Below, one piece after another: positions 12,979 to 59,960 of a stretch of 64,000 nt of DNA; position 1 is the stretch's first letter, and each line of letters begins with the position of its first letter. Both the position numbers and the translations under genes were made by a program. Source of the DNA: Lingula anatina (lineage: Eukaryota; Animalia; Brachiopoda). Under the pieces are notes generated by a model. The model ran no database searches. It was not told where the DNA came from and worked only from the letters and a program-made list of their open reading frames with translations. The DNA lies in assembly GCA_051362555.1 (NCBI GenBank), contig CM120640.1:11284001-11348000 (forward strand), in the 5' to 3' direction.

Positions 12979-15543
12979 ACTTCTAAGTTCTTTACTGCCA
13001 ATCTCATCCACCCGAAAGTGAATAAGAATGTGCACGTTAGATATTCCTTGTGGATCTTAGCAAGTCTGAGAGGCCCACGACACCATTACCACACAACTCT
13101 GCCACTTGCAACGTCTAAGCAGGAAATGCAATCTGAAAACAAACCGACCGCCACATGGTTTCAATTAGGGCTTCCGTATTATATGTATAGTGAGGGGGAC
13201 AGGCTAAGTTTAAGATAGTGATTAGAGAGCATTGTTCTGTTTCATTGTCCGTTATCGGCGAACGCTATCCGATCTCATAATGACTGCCGTCTGACACGTA
13301 GACTGACAAAAGAGTTTTCTAAAATCGCAATTTGTCAATGACCCTACAATGAAACCACACACCCCTTCAGTCTGAATGAGAATGGAGGATTGGTATGTGG
13401 CGCCTCCTATAGGGGTTAATGGGTATCACTTATTTTTTTTAAAACCAATTTTAAATGTATTTCATTTTTAAATGTATGTTTTAAAAAAACGCGAAACTTT
13501 TAAAGGAAATATTTAATCTTCAAACTTTGACCTTATTTCTTTTATTCCACATGAATCTGCTGGTAGTTTTAAAGCCCATTTTAAAAACTGGTTCCAGTAA
13601 AATTTTCACAATTTTCATTTGCACAGACCCCATAGACCCGGTCTTTCACAGATCTGATTTTTGGTGCCACAATCGCAATCCACTTTCACCCCATTGAGGT
13701 CATTAAAAAGGGTTTTACTTAGAAGGGTGCCGCCGTCTCGTAATTTCAACCTCGACCCAAGTATGGTCCATTATAATTCAATACAGGATTTTACTTCAAA
13801 TCTATTTTTTTAAATCATATTTGGTGCAAATCTTTGAAAAAAAATTTAATATGATTAAAATTATATTAAAACATAATTTTTCTAAAAATTACCATGCTCA
13901 CAAACCATTGCTTAATCCACCTCTGCTCTTTGGTTTTAATCATTTGTTTTATATCATTTCCTTATGAAATGAATTAGTTCCAAGTGTTTCCACAAACGTT
14001 TTCCTCCATACAACTTGGGTCTTTTTAGTAGATATTAATGAGGATTTGATACGTTATTTTTTTATCCATTTAGATAATGCAGAAGTAATCATTGTCATTG
14101 TATGAAATAATGCTGTCACATCAAAATAAAACCAGGGCAAATTTGCTAATTCAAGGAATGATGGCATTACAGCAGTGTATTCTAGGTAGAAAAATCTAAT
14201 ATCGATTACAAATAGATCTCCCCAACCCGAACAGCTATCAACAGGCTAACGCAATAAGTGCTGCAATTCGGTGCCGGAACATTTTCTTCAAAGATTTACT
14301 ACTAATGTTATCAATAAGATAACACTTATTTTGGAGTCTTTGCATTAAAATTAAGATGAATATTTCTTATACATAAAAGGGAGAGCTACTGTGTTTTTTG
14401 CCAAATGTTTGCATTTATAACGTATTGAACAAACTTAACATCATCAACATACAGCAATGGATGTGTTCTTAAAAGATTAAATTTGGTATTTTAGTTTTCT
14501 TTCTTAAATGATCTGTAGCATGTTTGAGGTTATTATCATCTAAGATACCAGATTATTTATTGACAGCCTATGCAAGAAACACACATATATTAACCCCTGC
14601 ACCTACACAGCTAGAATGGCATAACAGAAAGTGGTTTTAGTGAAAGTAAATTTATTTAAACTTCTGGAATACCAGTGTATGATGAAAATGATTTCCACAA
14701 TAAAAATGTAATGATTATATTAAAAAAAAAGACACTTTGTACATTTTTATGTAAATGAATGAAAAAATTGGAGGGAAATGTAAATGTTCTTTCAAAAAAG
14801 GGCAATTTACATTAAAAAATTTATATTAAAGTCTTTCTACAAAACTGTAAAGCTAAGCGCTGAGTATAAATATGAACATATATAAATATTTCTTAGTATA
14901 AAAATGAGATTTTTTACATCTACAACAATGAGTGTATATATGTAAAAAGCTAAGAAGTAATTTGAGCCCATAATACATGCTTAATGGTCCCAAGAATTAA
15001 GTACTCAAATTTCTCTAAAAAGTATTACTTCCTTTCACAATACAAACTTTTTCATAAAGTCAAAATGCAGAAAAGCTTATCAAAATTATGATAAAAGTTA
15101 GTTAATATCCAAAAACTTTTTTCATTTGTGTGATAAATAAGGACATAAATCAGGGGTTCTCCTTATCATTCTCCATATCCTTAGCATTCTTAAAAAGTTC
15201 AGACTTGAGTATTAAAAACTGAACAGCACAAAACTAACCTATTCTACCATTGGCTTCAGTAAAAATACATGAAAGTTTAATTATCAACTTAGATTGAATT
15301 TTATCACTGAAATGATTGTCCCATAAATTGTCAAATGGAATGCATATAATAAAAGGTACATCACCTATTCACTCTTACTGAGTCGGTAAAAAACACTCAA
15401 GTTAGTGGGCCATGTCTTTGCAGGCAGATATATCATTCCTTGAATCCCCTTCTCACAACCAATGCTAATTTTTGGAGAGCATTTACTGTACATTTGGACG
15501 GGTCAACTGTTGAATATTAAAGAATTTGTAAAGAGATGATTCT

Positions 15544-49758
<34,215 letters not shown>

Positions 49759-49871
49759 CCTAGAAAAAGGTTTGATTTTCTCCATTTATATTGACGATGA
49801 AAGCACACAAATGTAGCATCTTTCAAAATAATCTATTTCGGCACGACATCTATCCTTATCGCTGCACTTAC

Positions 49872-50120
49872 GCTCTCAAAAATATACAATTCAGGTAAAT
49901 TACAGAACGTAAACAATGCAAGACACATGCCGGAAGAGCAGACATGTTGTTGATCTCATGACGTCAGTTAGAAATCAAGATAAGACTCATGGTTCCAGTA
50001 CGGGAAAATGTTAAAATGGGATTTAGATTTTTACCTTTTCTTACACAGTTATAAGTTTCATACTATACCCATCAAACCACTGAGGCTAAAACACATAAAG
50101 TTAAAGCGAGTTGAGGAGGG
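49872..50120. promoter_or_regulatory. Putative bidirectional promoter (EYS-like / ATPAF1)
   Basis: Divergent ATGs at 49758(-) and 50606(+). CCGGAAG (ETS-like) at 49930 and TGACGTCA (CRE) at 49959-49966. A minus-strand GTAAGT donor at 49866-49871 and a plus-strand donor-like gtacgt near 50121 suggest non-coding first exons. Confidence 0.5.
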
Positions 50121-50605
50121 GTACGTCTTACTGTCGCACTCATAGAACTAACTTGCATCTGCATGGCATGGCAGGGGTCTCCCCTTGAACTCAAGAGGTA
50201 TTTCAAATGTTTGATAACAATTTGTGTTCATATTGATAAAGACAATGATGAAGACTATACTATTTTAAGAACTGCACAAGTATTCGTTATGATTGTGCTG
50301 GTGGTGTCTTTGCCATTGTGCTGGCGTGTGTGTGGTGGTTGGAGGGGGGGGGGGAGCTTGCTCTATTTTTTTTTTTTTTACATAAGCCTAAGGCAAAGCT
50401 ATTGTAAGCCTCCTGTAGTGTGAACTCTATGATAAAGATACTTTCTTAATTCAAAAAATTCACTCAATCATTTCTGATGAAAAGATGGTTACAAATATTT
50501 TTTTTCCAAATGCTCGATTTGATCATGTACTGAGTAAATCATTTGAAGTGGTTAAACAATGTGTTAATTAAAAATCATAAGTGTTAGTATTTCCATCATT
50601 CTAGA

Positions 50606-53600
50606 ATGAACCACTTGCTGCAGCAGTCCAGAGCATCTGGCGTGTACTGCAGATGGCTGGCTACATTACAGAGATCTCACAAAATCTCAACTGCAGCAAC
50701 AGCATGTACTCCACAGAAAGACGAAAAAGATCCCATGGAAAAACTACAAAAGAATCCCTATTTTGAAAAATATAAAGGAAAAATTCATGATTTACAGCAG
50801 TAAGTTTAAGGCATATGTGATCTTCACAAGGATAGAGCTGTACCTGTTAGTTTCATATAATACCCTGCATATAATGTACTAGTACATGCATGCACAGTTA
50901 AATGTATTTTACTCCAATGCTTTAAGTTTAGCTGTAAAAAATTCCATAAATCGATATATTGGTTATTTAGAAATAACTACAGATTCATTTATTTTGTAAG
51001 AGATAGTGTAATGAATCTTACAGGTTTATTTTCATTTACCTATATTCGACAGTTAAATGCAGTTATTAAAAATTATTATGTCAGAAATTCCCCAGAAGAA
51101 TTTGAATCTCGTCTGGAAGAATTTAAGAAAAAAGGGCAACCCAAAGAAAAAAAGGTTGAACCAAAGGCAAAAAAACAACCAGTGTCAGCAGCTGCTAGCA
51201 AGATGTCACAGACATCCAAACTATCTCAACTGAAAATGACTGAAGAAAAGGTAATTTTTACATGTATGTCATATCACTTTTTCAAACAAACCACATTTAG
51301 CAATACATGAAAAAACATTTTGAGCCTACTGACCCTTTAAAGGGATAATAACTCTTTGTTTTGGCCAAAAAATGAATTTTCCTGGAGTAAACAACAATTT
51401 TCCCATACTTACCAATGGTTAATGAATCCATTTTTACATTCAAAGTTAGTCCCTGGTTTTTTTCTAAAAAGTTTGGTTTTTTGTTAAAATCTCTTAAGAG
51501 ATTTTAACAGAGTACAGCCATCAATGGAGGTCACGTGGTCTGAAGACAATCTCAGATATCAGAATAATAGCTATAACTGCCGTTTTTCTTGTACAACAGA
51601 ATATATTATATTTCTATGAGTTGGTCACAATGTTTTTATTGTGAAATATAGATCTCATACGAAGAGTTATTATCCCTTTAAGCCACTGGGATCTAAGAAT
51701 CTACTGTCTCAAAAGCAGAAACCATAGAAAGTAACTGAACAAGTTTACCACATTTTACTGCCCATTTGTCAGTTTTACTGCATTTGGTGTGGGGCTGATA
51801 TTGATGTCACAGACTGTTTGCATCCTAAATAAGTTTCTGTTTTCTTTTCAGACACTTAATGACATTATGAAGGTTGATCTTCTATATGATAAATCTGCTC
51901 AAGAGATAAAACAGGTGAGACTTGGATGAAAATGTTTCTGACAGAAAAGATTTCTTATGTTTTATGTAACACAAGCTCTTTACCATATCCTTTTATGTGT
52001 CCAAGGGCCAATTATGTCAAGTTATGCACAAAAGTTTGTTTTATTTGTACCTACTAGTACACATAAATGGGAGAAAAAGTATTAGAAAAAGAACATGTTG
52101 TGAATAGACTGCTTTTCCACTTTCTGTTTATATTTCAGATTTGGCAACAACACTTCAGTAAAAAGGAAAGTACTGTGTTTGCAGTTATCCCTGTAAGTAG
52201 ATCTAAAAAGAGACTAGTTTTCTTAATCATCAAAACCTAAAACTTCTTTGGATTCTGGTGTCTTATGGTGTCTTTTTTCAGAAATTATAAGTTTTATAAG
52301 GAGGATTCTTTTATTAAATTTTGAGGTCTGCGGACCAAATACCATGGAATGGCCCTTAATAAATTTTAATGATATTAACTGAATAGAAAATTTCCATTTT
52401 TATGTGAAATGTTACTATTCCACCAAGCACATGCACCCATCCATCATATTAAAAGATGGGAAAGATAAATTGCTTACTCCTTAAGATTTATCTTTACAGG
52501 TAAAAATTTATGAAGTTATACATGAGAGGTCGTCGACTTACCCAATGGCAAGTTTTGTCTGTTACTTCCTGTCTTGTTGTACTCTTTCAAGAACTCCATT
52601 TAATAAAGTTCAGTGCAGTATATACTTTTCAGCTGTGAAAAGATTTTTAATAAAAATAACACTACATGTTCATTGTTTCCACTTGATTTGCAACATCATC
52701 ACTTTTGTCAGGATGAACTAAATTTTATGACTCAAAACATTCACTTAACTAAATTTAATGTTCCTGTTTAATATTTACAGTTTCTGTACACTCTGCCTAG
52801 AGGAGATGGCTATGAATTTTATGTAGCTTCCTTTAGTGGACATGAATGCTACTTTACACCACTGATTGCATACCAGGTAATCTGAATTGGGAAATAAATT
52901 GTGTTTTACAGTCAAAAATGATTGTTAAAATAAAAAAATGACAAAATGATAAAAATCAACAAAAACATTTAAAATTGTTTCTTTCACAAATTGCCAAATT
53001 TATTTTCATAAATAAATATATTTTTATGCATACTAGGCTCATCAAGCAGATGCCCCAGTTTGTTTAACTCTGCACCATTATTCAGAACTTGGTGATGAAA
53101 AAGGTAATTTTTAATTTACAATGAAAATTTATAAACAATGATGATTTATTTATGTTTAATATTTGCTTGTAAGTCTTAAGCATAATCTTGAATTTTGTAG
53201 CATATTTTTTGCCTTTTTGATAGAAATTTTTTAAAGAACATTACTGGTAAGATTTTTTAAAGAGAATACACAATATTTACATGGAAGTATGCTTTTAGGA
53301 ATTGTCTTGATGCATGGTGAATATAACAGAGATATTTTAGTAAGTATAAGTTTGAATAGTTTTTATGTTAAAACTGTATGCATGTTGTTTTTTGTTTAAA
53401 AAAACCTGTCATTTGAAGTGAAATATCAGGGTATTTAGAAGTGTATATAAACTTTGTTCCTTACTAAATTTAAAGAAAATTTCTTTAATCTGTGAGATCA
53501 AGATATACATTGTACACAAATTATGTATATGCAGCATGCATATTACAACTATCATTTTTGCAGAATGCACAAGATGCTCAACTTCTTTGCCAGCAAGTAC

Positions 53601-53722
53601 AGATTTATTATGGACCAGAGAGCACTAGCTATCATTTGGTGGAGACTTTTAACGAGCAGCCAGATAATTTCAAACACACTGATCTTATATCACAATTAGA
53701 AAAAGTCTTGCCTTTGAGGTGA
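50606..53722 (+). CDS. ATPAF1: ATP synthase mitochondrial F1 complex assembly factor 1 (ATP11 family)
   Basis: Spliced exons give a mitochondrial-type presequence, ..[14 protein letters not shown].., [30 protein letters not shown]|[53 protein letters not shown] and [31 protein letters not shown]. Confidence 0.93.
51341..51677. mobile_element. 337 bp TTAA-flanked Kolobok-like element, copy 2 (ATPAF1 intron)
   Basis: ttaa|agggataataactct ... gaagagttattatccct|ttaa. Same length as 10406-10742 and near-identical to it. Confidence 0.85.
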
Positions 53723-54685
53723 CCAGTACCAATTCAGAACATTAAAATGGTATGAAAAATTGCGTGAATGTCAGTTTTAGTGTTGTATGGAAAGGAAAAT
53801 ACAATACTTGTACATTTACATCCAAACCAGAAAGTATGCTTGGGACTGAGAATAGAAAGTTGATTCTGTATTACATGTAATAACATAGACAATAGAATGA
53901 AAAAAATATGGGTTTCCTGTATTATCATCACCTGAAGCTCTGCTTTACTGAGGACATAAATGATTAGTTAAAATAGAGTTTGAACATTCATGCATAAGAA
54001 GTTGATAGAAAACTACTGTTTGTTTATGCTAAGTTATTATACATGCAGTGCCAAGATAATTGAGATTATTTTGATAATGATACATGTTCATACCATTAGT
54101 GTCAGTACACGAAAACAAATATTGTTTCTAGTAATTGATTCTATAAAATTGTATTACGTCATAAATATAATGGGTGGGTATGGGTATGTCATAAAGTGTG
54201 AAATCAGTTTGTTTTTGTGTGACCTTTTTTTCTAGTATGGGAGTATAGTTACTCTGAACTTACTATGACATTATGATATATGTACACGTGTATATCTGCA
54301 AACCAACTGTAGAGGCCACTCATTAAAATATTGAGTACATTAATACAACTGTCTGTTTCATTTTCTGTTGCTAATATTTACCTAGTGTGCACATACATGT
54401 AGAAGATGGGCCCAGTAAAATTTTCCAGCTAATTACCAGTACCAATATATCATATTGTGAGTGCATATACAGTACATCTTATCAAATATGCACAAAATTT
54501 TTGGGTATTTTTAATAATAAATAAAAAGTCAGCAAATAAATTTTGTGAGTAATGAAACGTTCTGAACTTGCAAATGTAAAATGCTGGAATAAATGATGCC
54601 TGTTGTGAAGTCTTGGATTTGCCGTAAAGGCTTTTCTTGGGGCACCATTTCCGTCAGGTGGCAGTGCACATAAACGAAAACAAAA

Positions 54686-57600
54686 ATGTGTGAACGTGTT
54701 ATCGAATTCTACAGCGGAATTGGGGGAATGCACCTGGCTCTGAAAGGTAAAAAAATTGAAGATCATGTTAATTATGATTCTCAGTAGCTCACAGATAATA
54801 ATGAGGACGGGCTGAACCCAGTGATGGGCTCCGTGGCTGCTCTCGTCACGAGTATCATGAGTACTTCACTGTCTTCACCCTGTACGTGGCTTGAAAAACG
54901 TGGCTCGCAATATTAATAACCCTCCACTCAGTTACCTGTACATATGCATATGCGTTTTTATGTCTCAACTGGTTGTTATAACTTCATCTGTGCTAAACTT
55001 CGGTAAGCACTATATAGGTTGTATCTGTCTAAAACTTACATCTTAATTGTTATTTTCTTTTGCAGAGAGTAGCATCAAGTATAAGGTTGTTGCAGCAGTT
55101 GATATCAATGATGTTGCAAATGAAGTTTACAAATACAACTTTCAGGACATCAACCTACTTCAGAGGAGTATAGAGGTACATTTGTTCACCCACCCACAGA
55201 GACACATATAGTATATTTCCACCACTTACCGCAGATTAATCAAATATGTAATCACCATAATACTTAATCATATCTCTCCTCATCCACTTGCCTATGGTTG
55301 AGCCTGGTTTTGATTAGAGTCTACACCCAATTTGCCTTTAAAGTTATAATATAATGATAGGTCATAAGTGCCATAATTTCCTTTCTTGATTAATTATGTG
55401 TTGATTTCTTATTTTGGTTGTGTCTGATATGTTTTGATTAATTTCTCAAAACGAATTGTTTATATTCTTATGTACATGTATGATTATCTCCCTTATTTAG
55501 TCCATTAGTCTGAAGGAATTGAACAAATTTAACCCAACCATGCTGCTAATGAGTCCACCATGTCAGCCATTCACCAGGGTGGGGCTACAGAAGGATGTAG
55601 AGGATGCAAGAACTAACTCCTTTATCTACCTTTTAGAAACACTACCTAAGTGAGTATTCAAAGAATTGACAGCTGCACTGCTATAATAACACACACCTTC
55701 AAAACTTCACAGATGGATTCAGCAGAACCATTTAGTACTGTGATGTAATTGTGAGTTTCGACATTGAGTATATTTTCAGAATAGTGACTTAATTTTTGGA
55801 ATTTGATGAAATTAATGTCTTAATGTTTCAGATTGGAAAAGTTGCCCAACTACATATTGATTGAAAATGTGAAGGGTTTTGAATGTTCCCAGACAAGAGA
55901 CAAGATGGTTAGAACACTCAGAGAATGTGGCTACAACTTTCAGGTATATGTACAGTCCCTAAAAGGAACATTTGTGTCACATTTGATGTACTATAAATTT
56001 ACTTACACTACAAAAACTGTTCACATCTGCCACTTTTGTATCTTGCAAAACCTCAACATGGCTACTCCTCACTGAATGCCTGTGACATTAGCACTGGTCC
56101 CTGCCAAGTAACAGTAAAAATTGAAGCCATGTTGGTAACAAAAATGTACCAGTGGTGGACCCATATATAGGTTTGATAGTTATTAGGGCAGACTGTTAGC
56201 TGTTAAGTATCCATGCCTTATTCAATTGGAGCAGTCGGTTCTCCTAAACTGCCAATGTCAGGATAGTTGTGGAATTTTATAAGAAAGAACCAAACTTTAT
56301 GTTTTTACTAAAATTCCCTAGAGTAGTTAACTTATCTTTATGGTTTTATAATTTCAGGAGTTCCTACTTACTCCATTGCAGTTTGGTGTCCCCAACTCAA
56401 GGATGAGGTACTATATGGTAGCAAAGAAGAAACCTTTGACTTTTGTTTTTGATACTTGTGAGGACAAGGTGAATATCATTTATATTAAGAAATTAATTTT
56501 TTTTCGATGGATATAATAGGAAAGTTGTAATAAGGCTTATCAAGTTGAAACTGGTGCTTTAAGACTTATGCATTTAGGTGCCACTTTGTCCCAAGTCTTA
56601 TGCATTTCAATCCTTTCAAATTGGCTGGTCTGTGCCCCGAGATCTATGTAAAAGACAAAGCTATGTTCAGTTTATAATTTTTTCAATATATTTTTTCTAG
56701 CAATCTTTGTCTAATGCTTTAGTTTCGCCACAGTTGCAACTGGAAAATTTGTTTGGAAGTAATAAATCTCCTATTTAATTTATAAATATCATTTCATTGC
56801 GTATAAAGATGCCAACTGGAAAAAAATTGCAAATATGAGCATGTTACATTTCCAAATATTTTGTTATATTACAGGTGTTTGAGCATATACCTTCCTGTGC
56901 CAAACCATTCATGACTCACATGAAGCCTTCTGGGCCAGGTGATCATATGGTGTGTTGCTATTGTCAAAATCCAATTAAAAAGACGGATATACTTGGGAGT
57001 TCAGCAGATACTCAGAAAAATGGACAAACAGGAAATAATTTGACAGATTTTGATAAAATAAATGATACTGAAGATTCAACAAATGAGGAGCCTAAGGCAA
57101 AAGCTCCAAGACTTGACAGTGGCACAGTGAATTCAGGCAATTCCAATGAAGACAAAGATAGTGGCGATATAACTGCATCAAAAAGGCAGAGCTGTGAAAA
57201 GTGCACTTTATCAGCTGGTGTGATAGCTAGCAATCAAGATTATTCCCCACAATTCTGTCAAAGCATAGATCATTATTTGGAAAAACAACCAGAGGAATAT
57301 CTAGAAAAATTCTTGTTGCCAGAGAAAGACCTAAAAAGATTTAAAGTTATGGATATTGTGCTACCAAGTTCCAGGAAAAGTTGCTGTTTTACTAAAAGGT
57401 ACCTGTAGGAATATCCAGTTTTCTCTATAACTATAAAGAATTCTTTTACTCTTATATCTTTCTCAGGAAGTGAACAATTGAAGTCACGTTTTTAGGTTTA
57501 AGCTTTGTTTTAGAGTGGAGTTTATTTAGGTTGGGAATAAAATATCTTAGTATAGTTTTAGACTTAGTCCAACAAAAAATCTTAATGTTGAAGTCACTGT

Positions 57601-58317
57601 TTTAGATATGGTCATTACATGGAAGGAGCTGGATCCGTGTTCCAGATGGTTTTGGAGGAGGTGAGTATTTGACTTTCATCACTAATCACCATTTGCTTAA
57701 GAGAGGGAAATGAAATCTTTATATGTTATGTGTGCTTTTAAAAAGTATTTCTCATTTCTTTTACTTAATGCATTCTTCTTTTTGCTATTATTTTCATTCA
57801 TTCTTTTATTCTGAAAAGATGAATACAAGCATTTTGAAAGATGACATGATACCAGAAAAGGCAGTTGAGTATATGGATGATATCAAGAAGCTAAAATTAA
57901 GATATTTCACTCCAAGAGAAATTGCCAACTTGATGTGTTTTCCAAAGGAATTTGGTAAGTACACACAAAGTAGATGGATATTTATCATTTGATCCTATAC
58001 CACTTTTATTAAATCACATTGTATTTTTTGAAATCTTAATCCTAATTTGGCCACCATTTATCAACCTTTGATAGGCATAGTAAATACAAAGAGTGCTTAT
58101 TTATATGAATCTGACATGTTATTAGCAAATGTGTTAAACAGAATCGAAAGGCCACCCACAAAGATGAATTTTCTAATTTTTTTAACCCACAGAATTCCCA
58201 AACAAGTTGAGCAGGAAGCAGTGCTACAGAGTTCTTGGGAACAGCCTTAACGTCCATGTAGTGGCAGTATTAATCAAGCTGATGACTATGAATGTTGTAC
58301 AAAAAAATGACAGTTAA
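54686..58317 (+). CDS. TRDMT1: tRNA (cytosine-38-C5)-methyltransferase, DNMT2
   Basis: Exon 54686-54746 MCERVIEFYSGIGGMHLALK; 55066-55175 VVAAVDINDVANEVYKYNF; 55501- MSPPCQPFTRVG; ENVKGFE; LTPLQFGVPNSRMRYY; SCCFTKRYGHYMEGAGS; LRYFTPREIANLMCFP; YRVLGNSLNVHVVAVLI; TAA at 58315-58317. Confidence 0.96.
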
Positions 58318-58604
58318 AAAACAATGGACAAACAGAACAATATTGGCTGTGGCAGTGACCAAGTTTATACTATGTTGATTTACACCGATAACCTTTGCTG
58401 CAATACAATGGGTGCTTTTACAATAAACAAATCTAAACCATTGTTTCGTCTTATTATTGTTAATAAATGCATTAAATCAAAATTGATAGATATTGGCATG
58501 TAGTTAACAAATTGTAAGTTATGTTGCACAAATCAATAAAACCTCAATAAAATTGACTTGAAATCAATAATGAAATTGCTAGAAATGATGCATCCGATCC
58601 AATG

Positions 58605-59929
58605 TTACACCATACATCTTTCAATTTTATCTTCCCAGGTCTTATCAAATATAACCTGACCATTCAATTCAGCAATAAGCTTGTTCAGTAAATAAAAATT
58701 GTCTCTGTCAGACCACATTTCACTATGAGTGGTGATTTTGGTATCAACAGCTGTCCATCTGTAACTGTAGACATGATCAGAGATTGCCTTGGCTGATTGT
58801 GGGTCATTTTCTTTAATGGTGAAGGTATCCTTCATCACTTCGTCTACTGTGGTACCTGAATCTGACATATAGTAGCATCCTCCATCATCGATGCATTGGA
58901 TGGTGTGGATCCCAGATGTGACATCATACTGTATGGTCTTCTTGTATTGGCTGGCACGGTGCTCTAACACTGGCAGGTTTGGGCCCAGCCTTGGTGGTGC
59001 CGTCAGGGTGTCGAAGCCTGGTTGTTTGGGTGTATCATCACCTGACCCTATGTATACAGGCAGGTGTAGCAAGCTTAGTTGATTATCTGTACTGCTATGA
59101 ATAGTGAGAGTAGAAGTATCCTTGGATGGCCATGCTGAGGGCCAAAAGCAAGGGGCTATGGCCAACCTGATTTTATGACCTTTTGGTACAGTATACCCAG
59201 CTGAATGCAGCTCCAGTTGCACTGGGTATTGCTTACCAGGCACCATCTCAGCTAGATCCTCAAGACTGTGGCCCTCCCTGTGTGTCAGATTGAGCAACCC
59301 ATAGGCAATCCGTTGGGACTTTCCATCTGGGAAGACATCACACAGAGTAGCTGCTAACTGACCAGAGGTACCATCTCTGATGGACACCACACAGTTGAGG
59401 ATTGGAAACCCTGCAATGGAGATCCTGTCTTTAAGTGGTTTAGTATCCCAACACATGCTTAGTGCATTGCCCAGAGCCTGGTCTAATGGAAAGGAACCTG
59501 GGGCACCCATACTTAACCAGTCACCATTCCACATCCCTGCAGCAACATGGCTGCCTACACTTCTCTCTGCGCCAGACTGTCCGTGGGAGAGATCCTCATT
59601 CTTTTCCAAAGTTTGCTTGTTATTATTAAGGACCAGGGTCATTTTCTCAAGCTTACTTTCGTCATATACCATCCACTTCCCTGGCCAGGTGATAACACTA
59701 GGGGCTGGTGGTAGGCTGTCCTGTAGGTAGAGGCGAAGGTCAGGAAGGTCCATAGCTCCATTCTGGACTCCCTTCAGGTGATGGTCATACCACCTCAGAC
59801 ACTCATCCAGGTAAGCAATATTTGGACCTGGAATGTTTTTTTTGTTTGTTTGTTTAGCTCAATTATTATAAGCAACAATAAATCAATATTTTTTTCTTAA
59901 AACGCTGTAAAAATGCAAGTAAATTAAGC

Positions 59930-59960
<31 letters not shown>

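Noticed and set aside
54780-54910. GC-richer segment in TRDMT1 intron 1 as a possible snoRNA
   Set aside because: No convincing C/D box pair with a terminal stem; may just be promoter-proximal CpG retention.
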